Source: an uncultured virus (IMG/VR IMGVR_UViG_2061766007_000583)
Taxonomy: Duplodnaviria; Heunggongvirae; Uroviricota; Caudoviricetes
Strand: one strand, 5' to 3'
DNA length: 64,000 nucleotides
IMG/VR virus record: IMGVR_UViG_2061766007_000583
The position numbers and the translations under genes are program-made. The notes beneath the pieces were generated by a model. The model worked only from the letters and a program-made list of their open reading frames with translations, did not search any database and was not told the origin of the DNA. Positions 9,696 through 19,699 of this stretch are shown in pieces (the first letter of the stretch is position 1; every line of letters begins with the position of its first letter).

Positions 9696-9781
9696 ATTTC
9701 GCTCATATTTGCATTTTAAATCATTAAACGATAATTTTATCGACTAATTAATTTTCATTCGAATTTGAGCCTTGTAGTGCG

Positions 9782-9979
9782 TTACAGACCCATATCCGAT
9801 AAGAACTTCTCATATAACGACATTAATAGTTCTTTATCAGAAGAATTTACGCTCCACTTCTTTCTATTCTGCGAAAATATAACTTGATTCCAACCTTCGT
9901 CTGTTTCATAACTAAAAAGGATTCTTCCTTCATCTAAAACATTATCAAAGGATTCTACGGATAATGAATTAATTTTCAT
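9782..9979 (-). CDS. Hypothetical protein
   Basis: GGAGG RBS, ATGA coupling. Confidence 0.6.
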   Translation of the reverse strand: MKINSLSVESFDNVLDEGRILFSYETDEGWNQVIFSQNRKKWSVNSSDKELLMSLYEKFLSDMGL

Positions 9980-10191
9980 ACTTTAAATTCCTCCATATCT
10001 CTTTCAAATTTAGTTTTAATATAATCAAAACTTGCCTTTATTTCTACATTAAATTCTTGTGGTAAATTCAAATTCATAAGAGAAAAAAGGCTTTTAGCAT
10101 TATATTTATCATTAAGATATATTGCTTCATCATAACTTAAAGTCTTTAATAAGAAATCATTAATATTTTCTTTTGTTAATTTAACTTTCAT
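9976..10191 (-). CDS. Hypothetical protein
   Basis: AAAGG RBS, own promoter. Confidence 0.6.
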   Translation of the reverse strand: MKVKLTKENINDFLLKTLSYDEAIYLNDKYNAKSLFSLMNLNLPQEFNVEIKASFDYIKTKFERDMEEFKV

Positions 10192-10272
10192 AAATTATTT
10201 CCTTTCTAAAATTAACGCTCCTTAATTTGATATGTGTATTATACCAAATTAAAGAGCGTTTGTCAATAGATA

Positions 10273-10746
10273 TTATGAAATTTTTACTGCATATTGATTA
10301 GGTGATGCTAATTCAACTCCTAATACTTCATCCATATGATGTTCTTGATTAGGAATAAATCTTCCAAATTTAATAATTATATTAGGATATTGTTTTAATT
10401 GTTTTATTTGTTTTGTAATTTCATTAGGATAATATCCAGTATATATAATTATATCATCATCTGTATACAATCTAAAAGCATTTACAAGTAAATATAAATC
10501 TTTTAAACTATCAAATGGTTCAAGTCCACCAAATACGATTGCTTTGATAATATTATTGTTTAAATATTTATTTATGATATTATCATATGAAATTTCTATA
10601 TTGGGTGATTTCGCAAGTTCACTATTTTGGCAAACTTGCGAACCACATTCTTTTTCGCACTTAAATGAACAACTAGGAAATGCTATAAACATAGAAGGTT
10701 TTTTATAATTACTAAAATCTTCTTCTATTATATTTTTTACTATCAT
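10273..10746 (-). CDS. nrdG: Anaerobic RNR activating enzyme (radical SAM)
   Basis: CSFKCEKEC...CQN cluster motif, GGLEPF, YTGY; follows nrdD. Confidence 0.85.
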   Translation of the reverse strand: MIVKNIIEEDFSNYKKPSMFIAFPSCSFKCEKECGSQVCQNSELAKSPNIEISYDNIINKYLNNNIIKAIVFGGLEPFDSLKDLYLLVNAFRLYTDDDIIIYTGYYPNEITKQIKQLKQYPNIIIKFGRFIPNQEHHMDEVLGVELASPNQYAVKIS

Positions 10747-12710
10747 AATTCACCTTTTAAATCTGCGTATTCATACCATTTTCTAGTGGAAAATTCTTTC
10801 TTCCTATCTTTTGAATATGACCTTACAGGTTCAAGGAAGCCGACTATACGTTGATAGGTATCATATACTCCTTCTCCACAAGTAGGACAAATATCCGTTC
10901 CTACAAATCCGTGATGATTTTTACATTCATTAATTCTAGTATTAAACGCAAAATAAATTACATCTTGTAGTGCTATATAATTTAACATATCCCAAGCCAT
11001 ATTCGTATTAGGAAAGTTAGAATCAATATTAATATGTGCAATAGCACCACCACTACATTTATTGTCCAAAATAGAACTTGTTCTTAATTTTTCATTTATT
11101 GTACATTTTTCTGAAAGTGGAATCCATTGATTAGAATAAATAAACTTTTCATTCTTTTCATAAAGTAAATTATCTTTTTGACAAAGAATAATCGCACATC
11201 TTTCAGCAGGTACTGATTCTACATTAAAACTATATTCATCAGTAAAATTATCTTTAATTTCATTTATTACATCAAATATTTCTGAAGAAAATTCAACACC
11301 TTCTTCTGAATAATAAACATTTCCAAATTCATCTTTATTAATTAATCCAAATGATTCAATCACTTCAAACATACCTAAAATACCAACAGTACAATATTGT
11401 TTATCTAATTCTATTCCACCATCACAATAATTAGGTAATAATCCTTTTTCAATGTTTCTTTTAATTATATGTCTAATTATGTCAAGAGTCTTACAACAAA
11501 GAGTGACTCTCTTTTTTAATAATTCAATATATTTTTTCTTATTAAAGTTAGACTCATAAGCAATTCTCATTAAATTAATTGTATTAACTTTAATTGAACC
11601 AATAGATAATGCCGTACCACCAATAGAGTTAATAAAAGCATTAAGTTTTTTAGTGTCTGATAATAATCTACAACAATTTGAAAGAGTTCCTACGTTATCT
11701 GACATAAAGAAATTAGAATCATTCCAATCTACATTATGGTCTGAACACCAACGAGCAAAATCATTATCTTTGAATACATTCCAATTTTTTGTTTTAATCA
11801 TTTCAACTTTTTCTTCTTCACTAATATCATCTCTTTTAAGTAAAGAATAAGTTAAAACAGGAAAAGTAAACATATTATGAGTTCTAATATCGCTTACAAC
11901 TTCCATAAATATTTTTTCATGTTTAATAAAATCATCAACATAATCTATTGCATAAGTGCCATCGGGAAATTGTACTCCACCAAATAAACTTTCATAGTAG
12001 TATTTATCGAATATTGTAATATTAACAAATGCTGATTGGTCTACTCTTAAAAAAGGCTGATTTAATCTAAAGATAAATTTCTGAAAACATTGTCTAATAT
12101 AATAATCTTCATTTTTTAAATAATATCCTTGTTCACAATCCTTTTTCCAAAAATATAATGTCCATAACAAAACATTGGGTAAACCACAAGCACCCGAACT
12201 TCTATTTGACATAAAAGATACAAATTCAATTACATCATCAAGAAAAGTTGTTAAATGATTGGGTTTTTCATTATTATAATCTTCAAGGAAAAACAATCCT
12301 TCATTTGCTAGTCTTGTTAAATCATAAGCATAACAATAAGGTTTATAAGTTGAACTCGGTGCATCGTGTAAATAAAATCCACCTGAATATTCAGTGTCTA
12401 ACCATTCTTTAGCAATTCTTAATCCATACTTCTTTTTTAATTCCATAAAAATTTTATTAAAAGCAAAAAGTTTATCTTCTGATTTTCCTTTTTCTCCTAA
12501 TAAAGAACAAATATCTTTATGGTGAGCATTTGCATTAGCATCTATTGTAATGTCTGCTACATTTTTATCGACAAATCCATCAATGAAATCTGAATAATTT
12601 AATTGAGATTCATGGAATCCATTAAGTATTTCAAAATCTTCACCATATTTTGAAACAACTCCTTGTAAAGCCCTTTCAAAATCTTTATTTACTTTAATGT
12701 TAATATTCAT
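10743..12710 (-). CDS. nrdD: Class III anaerobic ribonucleotide reductase
   Basis: YLHD, YC, SNCCR finger loop, PAE, CKNHH..CPTC, RIVGF glycyl-radical motif. Confidence 0.95.
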   Translation of the reverse strand: MNINIKVNKDFERALQGVVSKYGEDFEILNGFHESQLNYSDFIDGFVDKNVADITIDANANAHHKDICSLLGEKGKSEDKLFAFNKIFMELKKKYGLRIAKEWLDTEYSGGFYLHDAPSSTYKPYCYAYDLTRLANEGLFFLEDYNNEKPNHLTTFLDDVIEFVSFMSNRSSGACGLPNVLLWTLYFWKKDCEQGYYLKNEDYYIRQCFQKFIFRLNQPFLRVDQSAFVNITIFDKYYYESLFGGVQFPDGTYAIDYVDDFIKHEKIFMEVVSDIRTHNMFTFPVLTYSLLKRDDISEEEKVEMIKTKNWNVFKDNDFARWCSDHNVDWNDSNFFMSDNVGTLSNCCRLLSDTKKLNAFINSIGGTALSIGSIKVNTINLMRIAYESNFNKKKYIELLKKRVTLCCKTLDIIRHIIKRNIEKGLLPNYCDGGIELDKQYCTVGILGMFEVIESFGLINKDEFGNVYYSEEGVEFSSEIFDVINEIKDNFTDEYSFNVESVPAERCAIILCQKDNLLYEKNEKFIYSNQWIPLSEKCTINEKLRTSSILDNKCSGGAIAHINIDSNFPNTNMAWDMLNYIALQDVIYFAFNTRINECKNHHGFVGTDICPTCGEGVYDTYQRIVGFLEPVRSYSKDRKKEFSTRKWYEYADLKGEL

Positions 12711-12716
12711 TTTACA

Positions 12717-12923
12717 TTACTCCTTATAGTTGTTTATCCAAGTATTAGCATCTGTAAAATTCATTACTTTATCATCTACTTCTAAAATAGGAACTGACAT
12801 ATAACCTTTTTCTATTATTATATTAGTATCTGTTATTTCAATATAATCAATGTTTTTATTTTTTAGTTTACTTTCTAATACATTACATTTAGGACAGTGT
12901 GTCGTATATAACTTTACTTCCAT
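12717..12923 (-). CDS. Glutaredoxin-like (NrdH-type) protein
   Basis: CPKC active site, SVP motif, adjacent to nrdD. Confidence 0.85.
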   Translation of the reverse strand: MEVKLYTTHCPKCNVLESKLKNKNIDYIEITDTNIIIEKGYMSVPILEVDDKVMNFTDANTWINNYKE

Positions 12924-12924
12924 T

Positions 12925-13113
12925 TTATATTACATAAATATCTATACTGCCGTCTATTTCAGTACAGACATCCATTACACTCCTTTCTAGTTCTTCATTT
13001 GGAATTTCTCTAATATCATAATGTCTCATATCAATAGTTCCATCACGAGCGTATTCCATAATCCAAACATCGTTATTGGTTCTTCGGTCTAGTTTAATGT
13101 CTTTAACTTTCAT
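12925..13113 (-). CDS. Hypothetical protein
   Basis: Short ORF in cluster. Confidence 0.55.
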   Translation of the reverse strand: MKVKDIKLDRRTNNDVWIMEYARDGTIDMRHYDIREIPNEELERSVMDVCTEIDGSIDIYVI

Positions 13114-13138
13114 TTTCTCATTTAAAGCCCCCTTTCAT

Positions 13139-13821
13139 TTATTTATAAAATTTATGACCAACTGAATCTTCAAAGATTATGTTTGCATCTCCAAATTTTT
13201 CACTATAACTTCCACTATGAAAGAATAATGCACCATCTGTAGTATCTTCAAACATAAAAGCGTATTCTACTGCTAATACAGTATCTTCTGTTATATTTGT
13301 TCTAAAATAACTAAATTGATTAGGACTAGTAACTACTTCTTTAGGTGTACTAGAAAATCTTTCATTATTAACACGATTTATAATTACATTAGCCACATTT
13401 ACTTTATTTTCAAACGGACAATCATAACATTCTGTTTCTACACATTTTTGAATATAATAAATATCTTCTTCTGTATATACATCATATATACTTAAAGGTT
13501 TACCAAATTCTTCAGAATATTCTTCTTCTATTTCTTTATATAATAAATAATNNNNNNNNNNNNNNNNNNNNNNNNNNNNNNNNNNNNNNNNNNNNNNNNN
13601 NNNNTTGTAATACAAGTTTCCGAAAGTAATTCATTGTATTTTTCTTGATATTCAAGATTTTGAACTCTTAATTCTTCATTCTCTTGGTTTAAAATTATAA
13701 TATCATTTTTTAGTTCTGAAATATCTTTTTTGTATTCACTTGATTTATTTATCATTACAAATATTAAGAATAATATAGTTATATTTGTTAGTGTATATAC
13801 AAATTTATCTTTATCAATCAT
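13139..13821 (-). CDS. SleB/Hydrolase_2-like cell wall hydrolase with N-terminal TM and coiled coil (spans N gap)
   Basis: CVETE, VANVIINRV, QFS, GALFF, GHKFYK; two ORF halves separated by N gap. Confidence 0.8.
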
Positions 13822-13875
13822 TAAAAATCTCCTTTTTGATGTTGTAATATATAAACATATTATACCACATTTTGT

Positions 13876-16800
13876 TTAATTTGTCAAGTCTTTTTCAAGA
13901 TTTTGTGTTAATAGTTCAAGTAAGAATGTATTTCTTGTATCGTTAATATTGATATTTAATGCAGTTTCATAAGCATCAATACTACCAATATCTACACATT
14001 GCTTTTTATTTCTAGTATCAGCAACATATAATAAGCCTCTAGAAAGTAATCTTTTATGTTTAGAACTAATAATATTGATTGTATATTCTGTTGTAGAACC
14101 TTGAGCCTTAAATGTAGAGATGGAATATCCTAAAAGTAACTGATTAAGTTTTCCTTTATTCATAAAGATTAAATCTTCATCAAACTGAACTAAAAGACCT
14201 TCTTTATCAAGAACTTCACGAATAATTCCAATCTGACCATTAACAATAACCTTATCACAAACATCTTGTTCAGTTAAAATACAATCTTCTTTTAATTTCA
14301 TATATGCTTCATAAGATACTGCTTTATAATCATTTTTAGTATTAATAACTAAATCTCCGACTTTAAATTTAATACTAGTTCCACCAATTCTTCTTGACAT
14401 AATAACTTCATTTGCTTTAGGTGGATTAACTTCTGACTGAATAATATTATTAATAGCATAAGTTCCTATTTCGCCTACATTCTGTGGTGCAAGAATAAGA
14501 ATATCTTTAGGCTTAATTTTTTTATTAAGAAGTTTATAATATTCATTAATTACAACTTCAGCAATATCATCTTCATCTGTTTCAATAAACTTATAATTAT
14601 CACAAACAGTATAAGACTTTCCATTATTTTTAACCATTTCTGTATCTTTAAAAAATGATTTTCCTTGTCTTACATTAGTTGCAACAAACAATGAACCATT
14701 TGATTTATATCTAAATACTTCTGTCAAATTACTTGACGGAACTATTTCAGACTTAATCATATCTTCATAAATCTTTCCTAAACTAATACTAGGAATCTGT
14801 GCAGGGTCGCCTACAAATACAAATCTAGACTTTTCATTGGTACAAGCACTAATAAGCATATTCATTACTTCTAGTCCTACCATACCACTTTCATCTACAA
14901 TAATAACATCTGTAGTAATATCTCCTTCAAAACATTTCTTATGAATTGTATAGGCTTGTCTATTTGTCTGTTCTGCAAGAACTCTAGAGGCTTTACCTGT
15001 AGGTGAGACAAGTGTGTATGTCATATGATAGTCATCAAGCATTTTAATTAACTGCTTAACTGAAAATGTTTTACCACAATTTCCAGTAATAAAAATTTTA
15101 TTATTTCTTCTTAATACAAGATAAGAACTAGGAACTGTAAAACAATATTTACGATTGTTTTTAGGTGTTACCTTTTCAATCTTGGTAGAGTTTTCTTGAT
15201 GATTGTTAAACTTTAATTCGGTTCTATTTGTTATACTTACATTATATTCTATTGTTTTATCAATATAAGTTTTTCCGTTTGTTTTATTTACTTTTTCTCT
15301 ACCCCTTCTATCATTAATATAAATAGTTGCCTTATATCCACACGCACTAAAAGCAAACTGTATAAAATCAGCAGTTTCTTTTACATTTGTACTAAATCTT
15401 TTTCTTGCAATATTATTTTTAGTATAATTAATATTTCCATCCCATTTTAAAATATTATTACAAATAATATTTAACTGATGATTATTACAATTATACCATT
15501 CAGAAGTAAATACTTTTTCTCTTAAAGGTGCTTCTACATAAAAATCTGTATAACCTTCACAAGCACTTTCTACTTCTCTATATTCAAAATTTCCTCTTTT
15601 AAATAAATCTCTTAATTCGTTTTTCTTTCTATCTTTTTTAATATGCAATCTGCAAGTTTTCCAAGATTTTAAATCTGGTCTAGATTTAGAATAAAAACTT
15701 CCATCACATATTATTGCACACATTAATTCAATTTCTTCATCTGTTAAAGAAATTCCTTTACCATTATAGTTAAATGTTGTGATAAAACTATGATAAAATT
15801 TATTATAATTAGTTTCTTCATCATAATATTTATTATAAAGGTCTTCCATAAGAATTTCTTCTATTTTTCTTTTATTATGACCTTTATTGAGATATATTAC
15901 TCTATGGTCTCCACTTAAAGTTTGGTCTAATCCATATCTTGTTTCAAAGTGATACATCATATCACAAGGTTCATTTATGTAATTTAAAGGTTTAACTAAA
16001 TTAGCAGTGCCATCTTCATTCCACTGTAATACTTTTTCACCTTCAGTATATTCAGAAATCTTCTTCCATTCAGTTCCATTGAAATATTCAGTATCTGCAT
16101 CTACACATCCTGAATACCCTTTAACAATACTTAATCCACTCTCACAAAATACCTTTAATACATTTAACTGTGAATCGTTTAATTCAAATCCGTCATCAGT
16201 TACTCTATATTTTTTCCAATCAAAATCTAATTTTTCACTATTATTAACTTTATCTTTAATAAAATTAGCAACTCTAACTTCTCCTAAATATGTTTCCATA
16301 ATTGCAACATCTTTAGTTTCGTTATTATAATATATATGTTTACTGTTTTCGCATACATCTTTTACTAAAGGTAAAAGTCTATTATCATATTCTTGACAAA
16401 ACTTCCATAATTCTGAACCTTTAAGTCTACTAGAACCTTCATTTTCATTATTATGTAAAACATCCATAATCATTGCTTCACAACGCTGATTTGATTCAAT
16501 TAATTCTGGTCTTACTTTGCATAATAATTTATCTGCTTTTTCAAATCCACGACCTAATATTTCAATTAATACAAAATAAGGTTCATTAAATGCTTCTTCA
16601 ATTTTTTCTTCCGTAAGATATTTATCATATAAAGTCTTACAATCAGTAATATTTACTTCATAATCACTATATTTTTTAATTAAATGAACATATTTATATC
16701 TTTCATTTAATTCTCTTACATAAGCCTTTAAATAAACTTTACCAACTCCATAAATCTTCTTAACGTCAATAGATTCTTCTCCTTCGTTTACAACTTTATC

Positions 16801-17154
16801 AATAAAATTAGGATAAGCATCAAGAATATTATTTGCTTGATTTTCTGTAGTAAAAGTCATAAGAATTGCTTTAGATTCTGCTCTGCTTAAACTCTGTAAA
16901 TCTATTTCTGCTAAACTCGGAACTGATAAAACTGTGTAACTTGTACCATATTTATCGGTAGATTTTTCTTCAATTTTAATTTCATAATCTTCATTAACAT
17001 TAAGATAGCCTAATTCTCCAACTAGACTAATATTTCCATACATATTAATTTTAACTTTATTACAATCTGAACTAATAGGTGAAAATCCTAAAATTCTATA
17101 GTTGCCATTCTTATAAACTTCCTTTGTAACTTTTCCTTTAATAATTATACTCAT
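13876..17154 (-). CDS. recD2: RecD2/TraA-like SF1B helicase with intein
   Basis: Walker A GYSG|CGKT after intein removal, PTGKAS, TIH, VDESGM, GDPAQ, KAQGS, YVADTR. Confidence 0.9.
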   Translation of the reverse strand: MSIIIKGKVTKEVYKNGNYRILGFSPISSDCNKVKINMYGNISLVGELGYLNVNEDYEIKIEEKSTDKYGTSYTVLSVPSLAEIDLQSLSRAESKAILMTFTTENQANNILDAYPNFIDKVVNEGEESIDVKKIYGVGKVYLKAYVRELNERYKYVHLIKKYSDYEVNITDCKTLYDKYLTEEKIEEAFNEPYFVLIEILGRGFEKADKLLCKVRPELIESNQRCEAMIMDVLHNNENEGSSRLKGSELWKFCQEYDNRLLPLVKDVCENSKHIYYNNETKDVAIMETYLGEVRVANFIKDKVNNSEKLDFDWKKYRVTDDGFELNDSQLNVLKVFCESGLSIVKGYSGCVDADTEYFNGTEWKKISEYTEGEKVLQWNEDGTANLVKPLNYINEPCDMMYHFETRYGLDQTLSGDHRVIYLNKGHNKRKIEEILMEDLYNKYYDEETNYNKFYHSFITTFNYNGKGISLTDEEIELMCAIICDGSFYSKSRPDLKSWKTCRLHIKKDRKKNELRDLFKRGNFEYREVESACEGYTDFYVEAPLREKVFTSEWYNCNNHQLNIICNNILKWDGNINYTKNNIARKRFSTNVKETADFIQFAFSACGYKATIYINDRRGREKVNKTNGKTYIDKTIEYNVSITNRTELKFNNHQENSTKIEKVTPKNNRKYCFTVPSSYLVLRRNNKIFITGNCGKTFSVKQLIKMLDDYHMTYTLVSPTGKASRVLAEQTNRQAYTIHKKCFEGDITTDVIIVDESGMVGLEVMNMLISACTNEKSRFVFVGDPAQIPSISLGKIYEDMIKSEIVPSSNLTEVFRYKSNGSLFVATNVRQGKSFFKDTEMVKNNGKSYTVCDNYKFIETDEDDIAEVVINEYYKLLNKKIKPKDILILAPQNVGEIGTYAINNIIQSEVNPPKANEVIMSRRIGGTSIKFKVGDLVINTKNDYKAVSYEAYMKLKEDCILTEQDVCDKVIVNGQIGIIREVLDKEGLLVQFDEDLIFMNKGKLNQLLLGYSISTFKAQGSTTEYTINIISSKHKRLLSRGLLYVADTRNKKQCVDIGSIDAYETALNININDTRNTFLLELLTQNLEKDLTN
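15079..16107 (-). mobile_element. Intein (343 aa) with LAGLIDADG-type endonuclease in RecD2 P-loop
   Basis: Starts CVDADTE, block B SGDHRV, AIICDGS and LKWDG, ends YCFTVPSSYLVLRRNNKIFITGN, +1 Cys. Confidence 0.9.
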
Positions 17155-17220
17155 TGTTTTTCTCCTTCATTTGATAGATATATTATAGCAAAATATCATT
17201 TATTTGTCAATAGAAAAATA

Positions 17221-17251
17221 AAAAATCGTAGAAATAAATCTACGATTTTTT
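17221..17251 (-). terminator. Intrinsic terminator
   Basis: AAAAATCGTAGA-aataaa-TCTACGATTTTT hairpin. Confidence 0.75.
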
Positions 17252-17285
17252 ATAAGAAAAGGATGAAAATTATGAGCAGAGATAA

Positions 17286-17678
17286 CTATATCTCTTTCTT
17301 CCAATATCCATATACGCTACAAGAACCACTATTGAAAGTATCATACCAATCTCCGTTTTTAATACAAACATAATGATTAGCGACTATTGGTAGATAAATT
17401 CCTTCTTTATGTTCTTTAGCAAATGATTCTACAGTTGGTCTTTTCTGACCCTTTTTTGGTCTTGCAATACTATGATAAGTATAACCTAATTTCTTAATAA
17501 TATATTCAAAACCTTCTTTACAATTAAAAGGACTCCATACTTGTCTTGCTAAAGCACTCATAATATCATATGCTTCTAACCATTCAATATCTTCTGCACA
17601 ACATAATGCACGAACGGCACAATCACCTATTTCATCTTTTAAATCACGTAAATTTGGCTGAAAATAAACATAAGCCAT
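17286..17678 (-). CDS. Conserved phage protein, possible cysteine-peptidase-like fold
   Basis: GDCAVRA...HYVCI...YDTF Cys/His/Asp pattern. Confidence 0.55.
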   Translation of the reverse strand: MAYVYFQPNLRDLKDEIGDCAVRALCCAEDIEWLEAYDIMSALARQVWSPFNCKEGFEYIIKKLGYTYHSIARPKKGQKRPTVESFAKEHKEGIYLPIVANHYVCIKNGDWYDTFNSGSCSVYGYWKKEI

Positions 17679-17710
17679 AATAAACACTCTCCTAATTTTT
17701 AATATACATA

Positions 17711-17784
17711 GTTTGGAAACTATAGTATTGTGTGTGCAACAATACTATAGTCACACACTCCTACATTGCGTAGGTTTTCCAAAC
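17711..17784 (-). ncRNA. Candidate structured RNA downstream of tRNA-Gln
   Basis: Closing stem GTTTGGAAA/TTTCCAAAC, 13-bp hairpin, CCTAC/GTAGG hairpin, GTGTG/CACAC extra pairing. Confidence 0.5.
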
Positions 17785-17789
17785 CATAA

Positions 17790-17861
17790 CTGGGCTAACT
17801 GGATTCGAACCAGTAATCATCGGGTCAAAGCCGATTGCCTTTACCATTTGGCTATAGCCCA
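17790..17861 (-). tRNA. tRNA-Gln (TTG)
   Basis: Cloverleaf: TGGGCTA acceptor, D arm with TGGTA, ATCGG-CTTTGAC-CCGAT, GGTTCGAATCC; no encoded CCA. Confidence 0.93.
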
Positions 17862-17956
17862 CTGTACGCTTTAAGGTAAGCGTATTAACCACACATCGAA
17901 CTTAATTAGCCTATCTTACGATACTAGGTGTGTCCTATTTTGTTCTCCACCTTACT

Positions 17957-18057
17957 TGCCACAGTAGGATTCGAACCTACATTAACATATATGCTCTTAT
18001 ATGTTGAACCTTTATATCATTGGGTTGATGCAAAACTCTTCCATTGAGTTATGTGGC
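17957..18057 (-). ncRNA. tRNA-like RNA with non-canonical anticodon and variable region
   Basis: GCCACA/TGTGGC acceptor, ACTC/GAGT D arm, GTAGG-TTCGAAT-CCTAC T arm; no 7-nt anticodon loop. Confidence 0.65.
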
Positions 18058-18071
18058 AACTTTATAATCAT

Positions 18072-18100
18072 ATTATATCATATATTAATCAATTTGTCAA
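18072..18100 (-). promoter_or_regulatory. SigA-type promoter for tRNA cluster
   Basis: TTGACA-17-TATAAT with extended TG. Confidence 0.8.
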
Positions 18101-18103
18101 TAA

Positions 18104-18517
18104 TTAATTTTTATTTTCTGTAATTTTATATCCGTTATTTGTTATATTATATTCTGAAATATTATTTATATTACCATTTTTAATAGTATCATCTGTTTTA
18201 AGAATCATCTTTTCTCTTCCAAATATATACTTTTCATAAGTAATATAATCTATATATTCGTCTTTGGGTAAATCTTTTACTATAACTTCTCCATCATATT
18301 TATTAATTATTTTAGAGAGATTATAATCAGTTTCAAGATATACTTTAACTTCATTTGGTGTGAATAGCATAGTCATACACATACCAAAAGTTAATAAACA
18401 AATTACTAAAGAATATCTACTGTCACAAGATTTAGTGCGTATACTAACAATAAATCCTATTATAGATATAACAGTTAATATTATAAATAATATAAACAAC
18501 ATAGTTTGAAATAACAT
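18104..18517 (-). CDS. Membrane protein, paralog of 18572-18952
   Basis: Two TMs; ExxYNL and IDYI..YIF.R shared. Confidence 0.7.
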   Translation of the reverse strand: MLFQTMLFILFIILTVISIIGFIVSIRTKSCDSRYSLVICLLTFGMCMTMLFTPNEVKVYLETDYNLSKIINKYDGEVIVKDLPKDEYIDYITYEKYIFGREKMILKTDDTIKNGNINNISEYNITNNGYKITENKN

Positions 18518-18571
18518 AACTTTCTCCTTTTATGTTTATATTATATCATATAGTATTTTATTTGTCAACAA

Positions 18572-18952
18572 TTATTTTTTATATTTTTCAAAATCATTTT
18601 TATCTTCAATATATTTAGATTTATCATTTGTATGAATTTCAAATGTAACTCTATTAAAAATATAATTATCTATTTCTATATAATCTATTGGTTCTGTTTT
18701 TGTTAATTCTAAAACTATAACTTTGTAATTAGTTTCGTCAATCATATCATTAAGATTATATTCGTTTTCAAAAAATATATTTTTAGAATATGGAGTGAAA
18801 AGACTACCTATTGTCATAGCACTACATATAACAATAAAAATAGTTAAAGCACCACTTCCATCTCCATCGTTTATTATACTTATTATAGTTAATACAACAA
18901 ATAATATTGTTAATATTGCAAAAATAAAAAACATTATTGTTTCAAGTATCAT
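18572..18952 (-). CDS. Membrane protein, paralog of 18104-18517
   Basis: Two TMs; shared motifs. Confidence 0.7.
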   Translation of the reverse strand: MILETIMFFIFAILTILFVVLTIISIINDGDGSGALTIFIVICSAMTIGSLFTPYSKNIFFENEYNLNDMIDETNYKVIVLELTKTEPIDYIEIDNYIFNRVTFEIHTNDKSKYIEDKNDFEKYKK

Positions 18953-18962
18953 ATAAATCTCC

Positions 18963-19697
18963 TTAATTTTTAATTGCTAAAAATAATTCTCTGTCAAATA
19001 ATGGCTGAATCTTTTCTATTTCATCAGCAATCATTTCGCAACACTGCTTTACTTCAGGATTTGCACCACTATTCTTATTTCTTTCTTTATAAACGTGTGC
19101 AAACTCTGTAAGGTTTACTTTGAATATAAAATCACTAGGAAATCCTAAATTATATAATCCACGTTTAACATCTTGATTATTCTCCATACCTTCAACAATA
19201 TAACCATTAAATCCACGAACATATTTCTTTCCGTCGTGTTCAATTTCTTTTGGCATTTTAATATCAAGAATGTCTAATACTGCATCTGTAGTTAATACTT
19301 TATCGGCATAATAATCTGATAAGTTTTGTAATTTACTTTCGTCTTTAATCCCTGCGAATCTAGAACTGTTTCTAATAATTCTATTATTAAATCTACAAGC
19401 GTGAGCATCCCAATCATCTTGACCAGCCCTATGAAGTCCATATACAGTACAAGAAATGTCTATAAATCTTAACATTGTAATATGATTTCTTCCCCACTTT
19501 GTAAGTTTAAGCAACCATTCATTAAATTCGTCGAAATCTTCTGCATCGCAATTAACATATCTTCCACTGCTATCAAGAACCCTATTACAAATTGTTCTAA
19601 TATGTTCTTCTAATTCTTTTGTAAGTGTATGTTTAGATAAAAACATAGTTACAATAGCATCATCAATTCCAGTAATACTATTTACATATACTTTCAT
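18963..19697 (-). CDS. Divergent ThyX-like (flavin-dependent thymidylate synthase fold) protein
   Basis: G..H..MLRF, SSR, L.....ER...A..E.. layout of ThyX; canonical RHR motif absent. Confidence 0.55.
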   Translation of the reverse strand: MKVYVNSITGIDDAIVTMFLSKHTLTKELEEHIRTICNRVLDSSGRYVNCDAEDFDEFNEWLLKLTKWGRNHITMLRFIDISCTVYGLHRAGQDDWDAHACRFNNRIIRNSSRFAGIKDESKLQNLSDYYADKVLTTDAVLDILDIKMPKEIEHDGKKYVRGFNGYIVEGMENNQDVKRGLYNLGFPSDFIFKVNLTEFAHVYKERNKNSGANPEVKQCCEMIADEIEKIQPLFDRELFLAIKN

Positions 19698-19699
19698 AA

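Noticed and set aside
13139..13821. Frameshifted or split cell wall hydrolase
   Set aside because: The frame change falls in an N gap of estimated length.
17711..17789. Theta (HDV-like) ribozyme after tRNA-Gln
   Set aside because: I could not find the nested double-pseudoknot core; kept only as an unassigned structured RNA.
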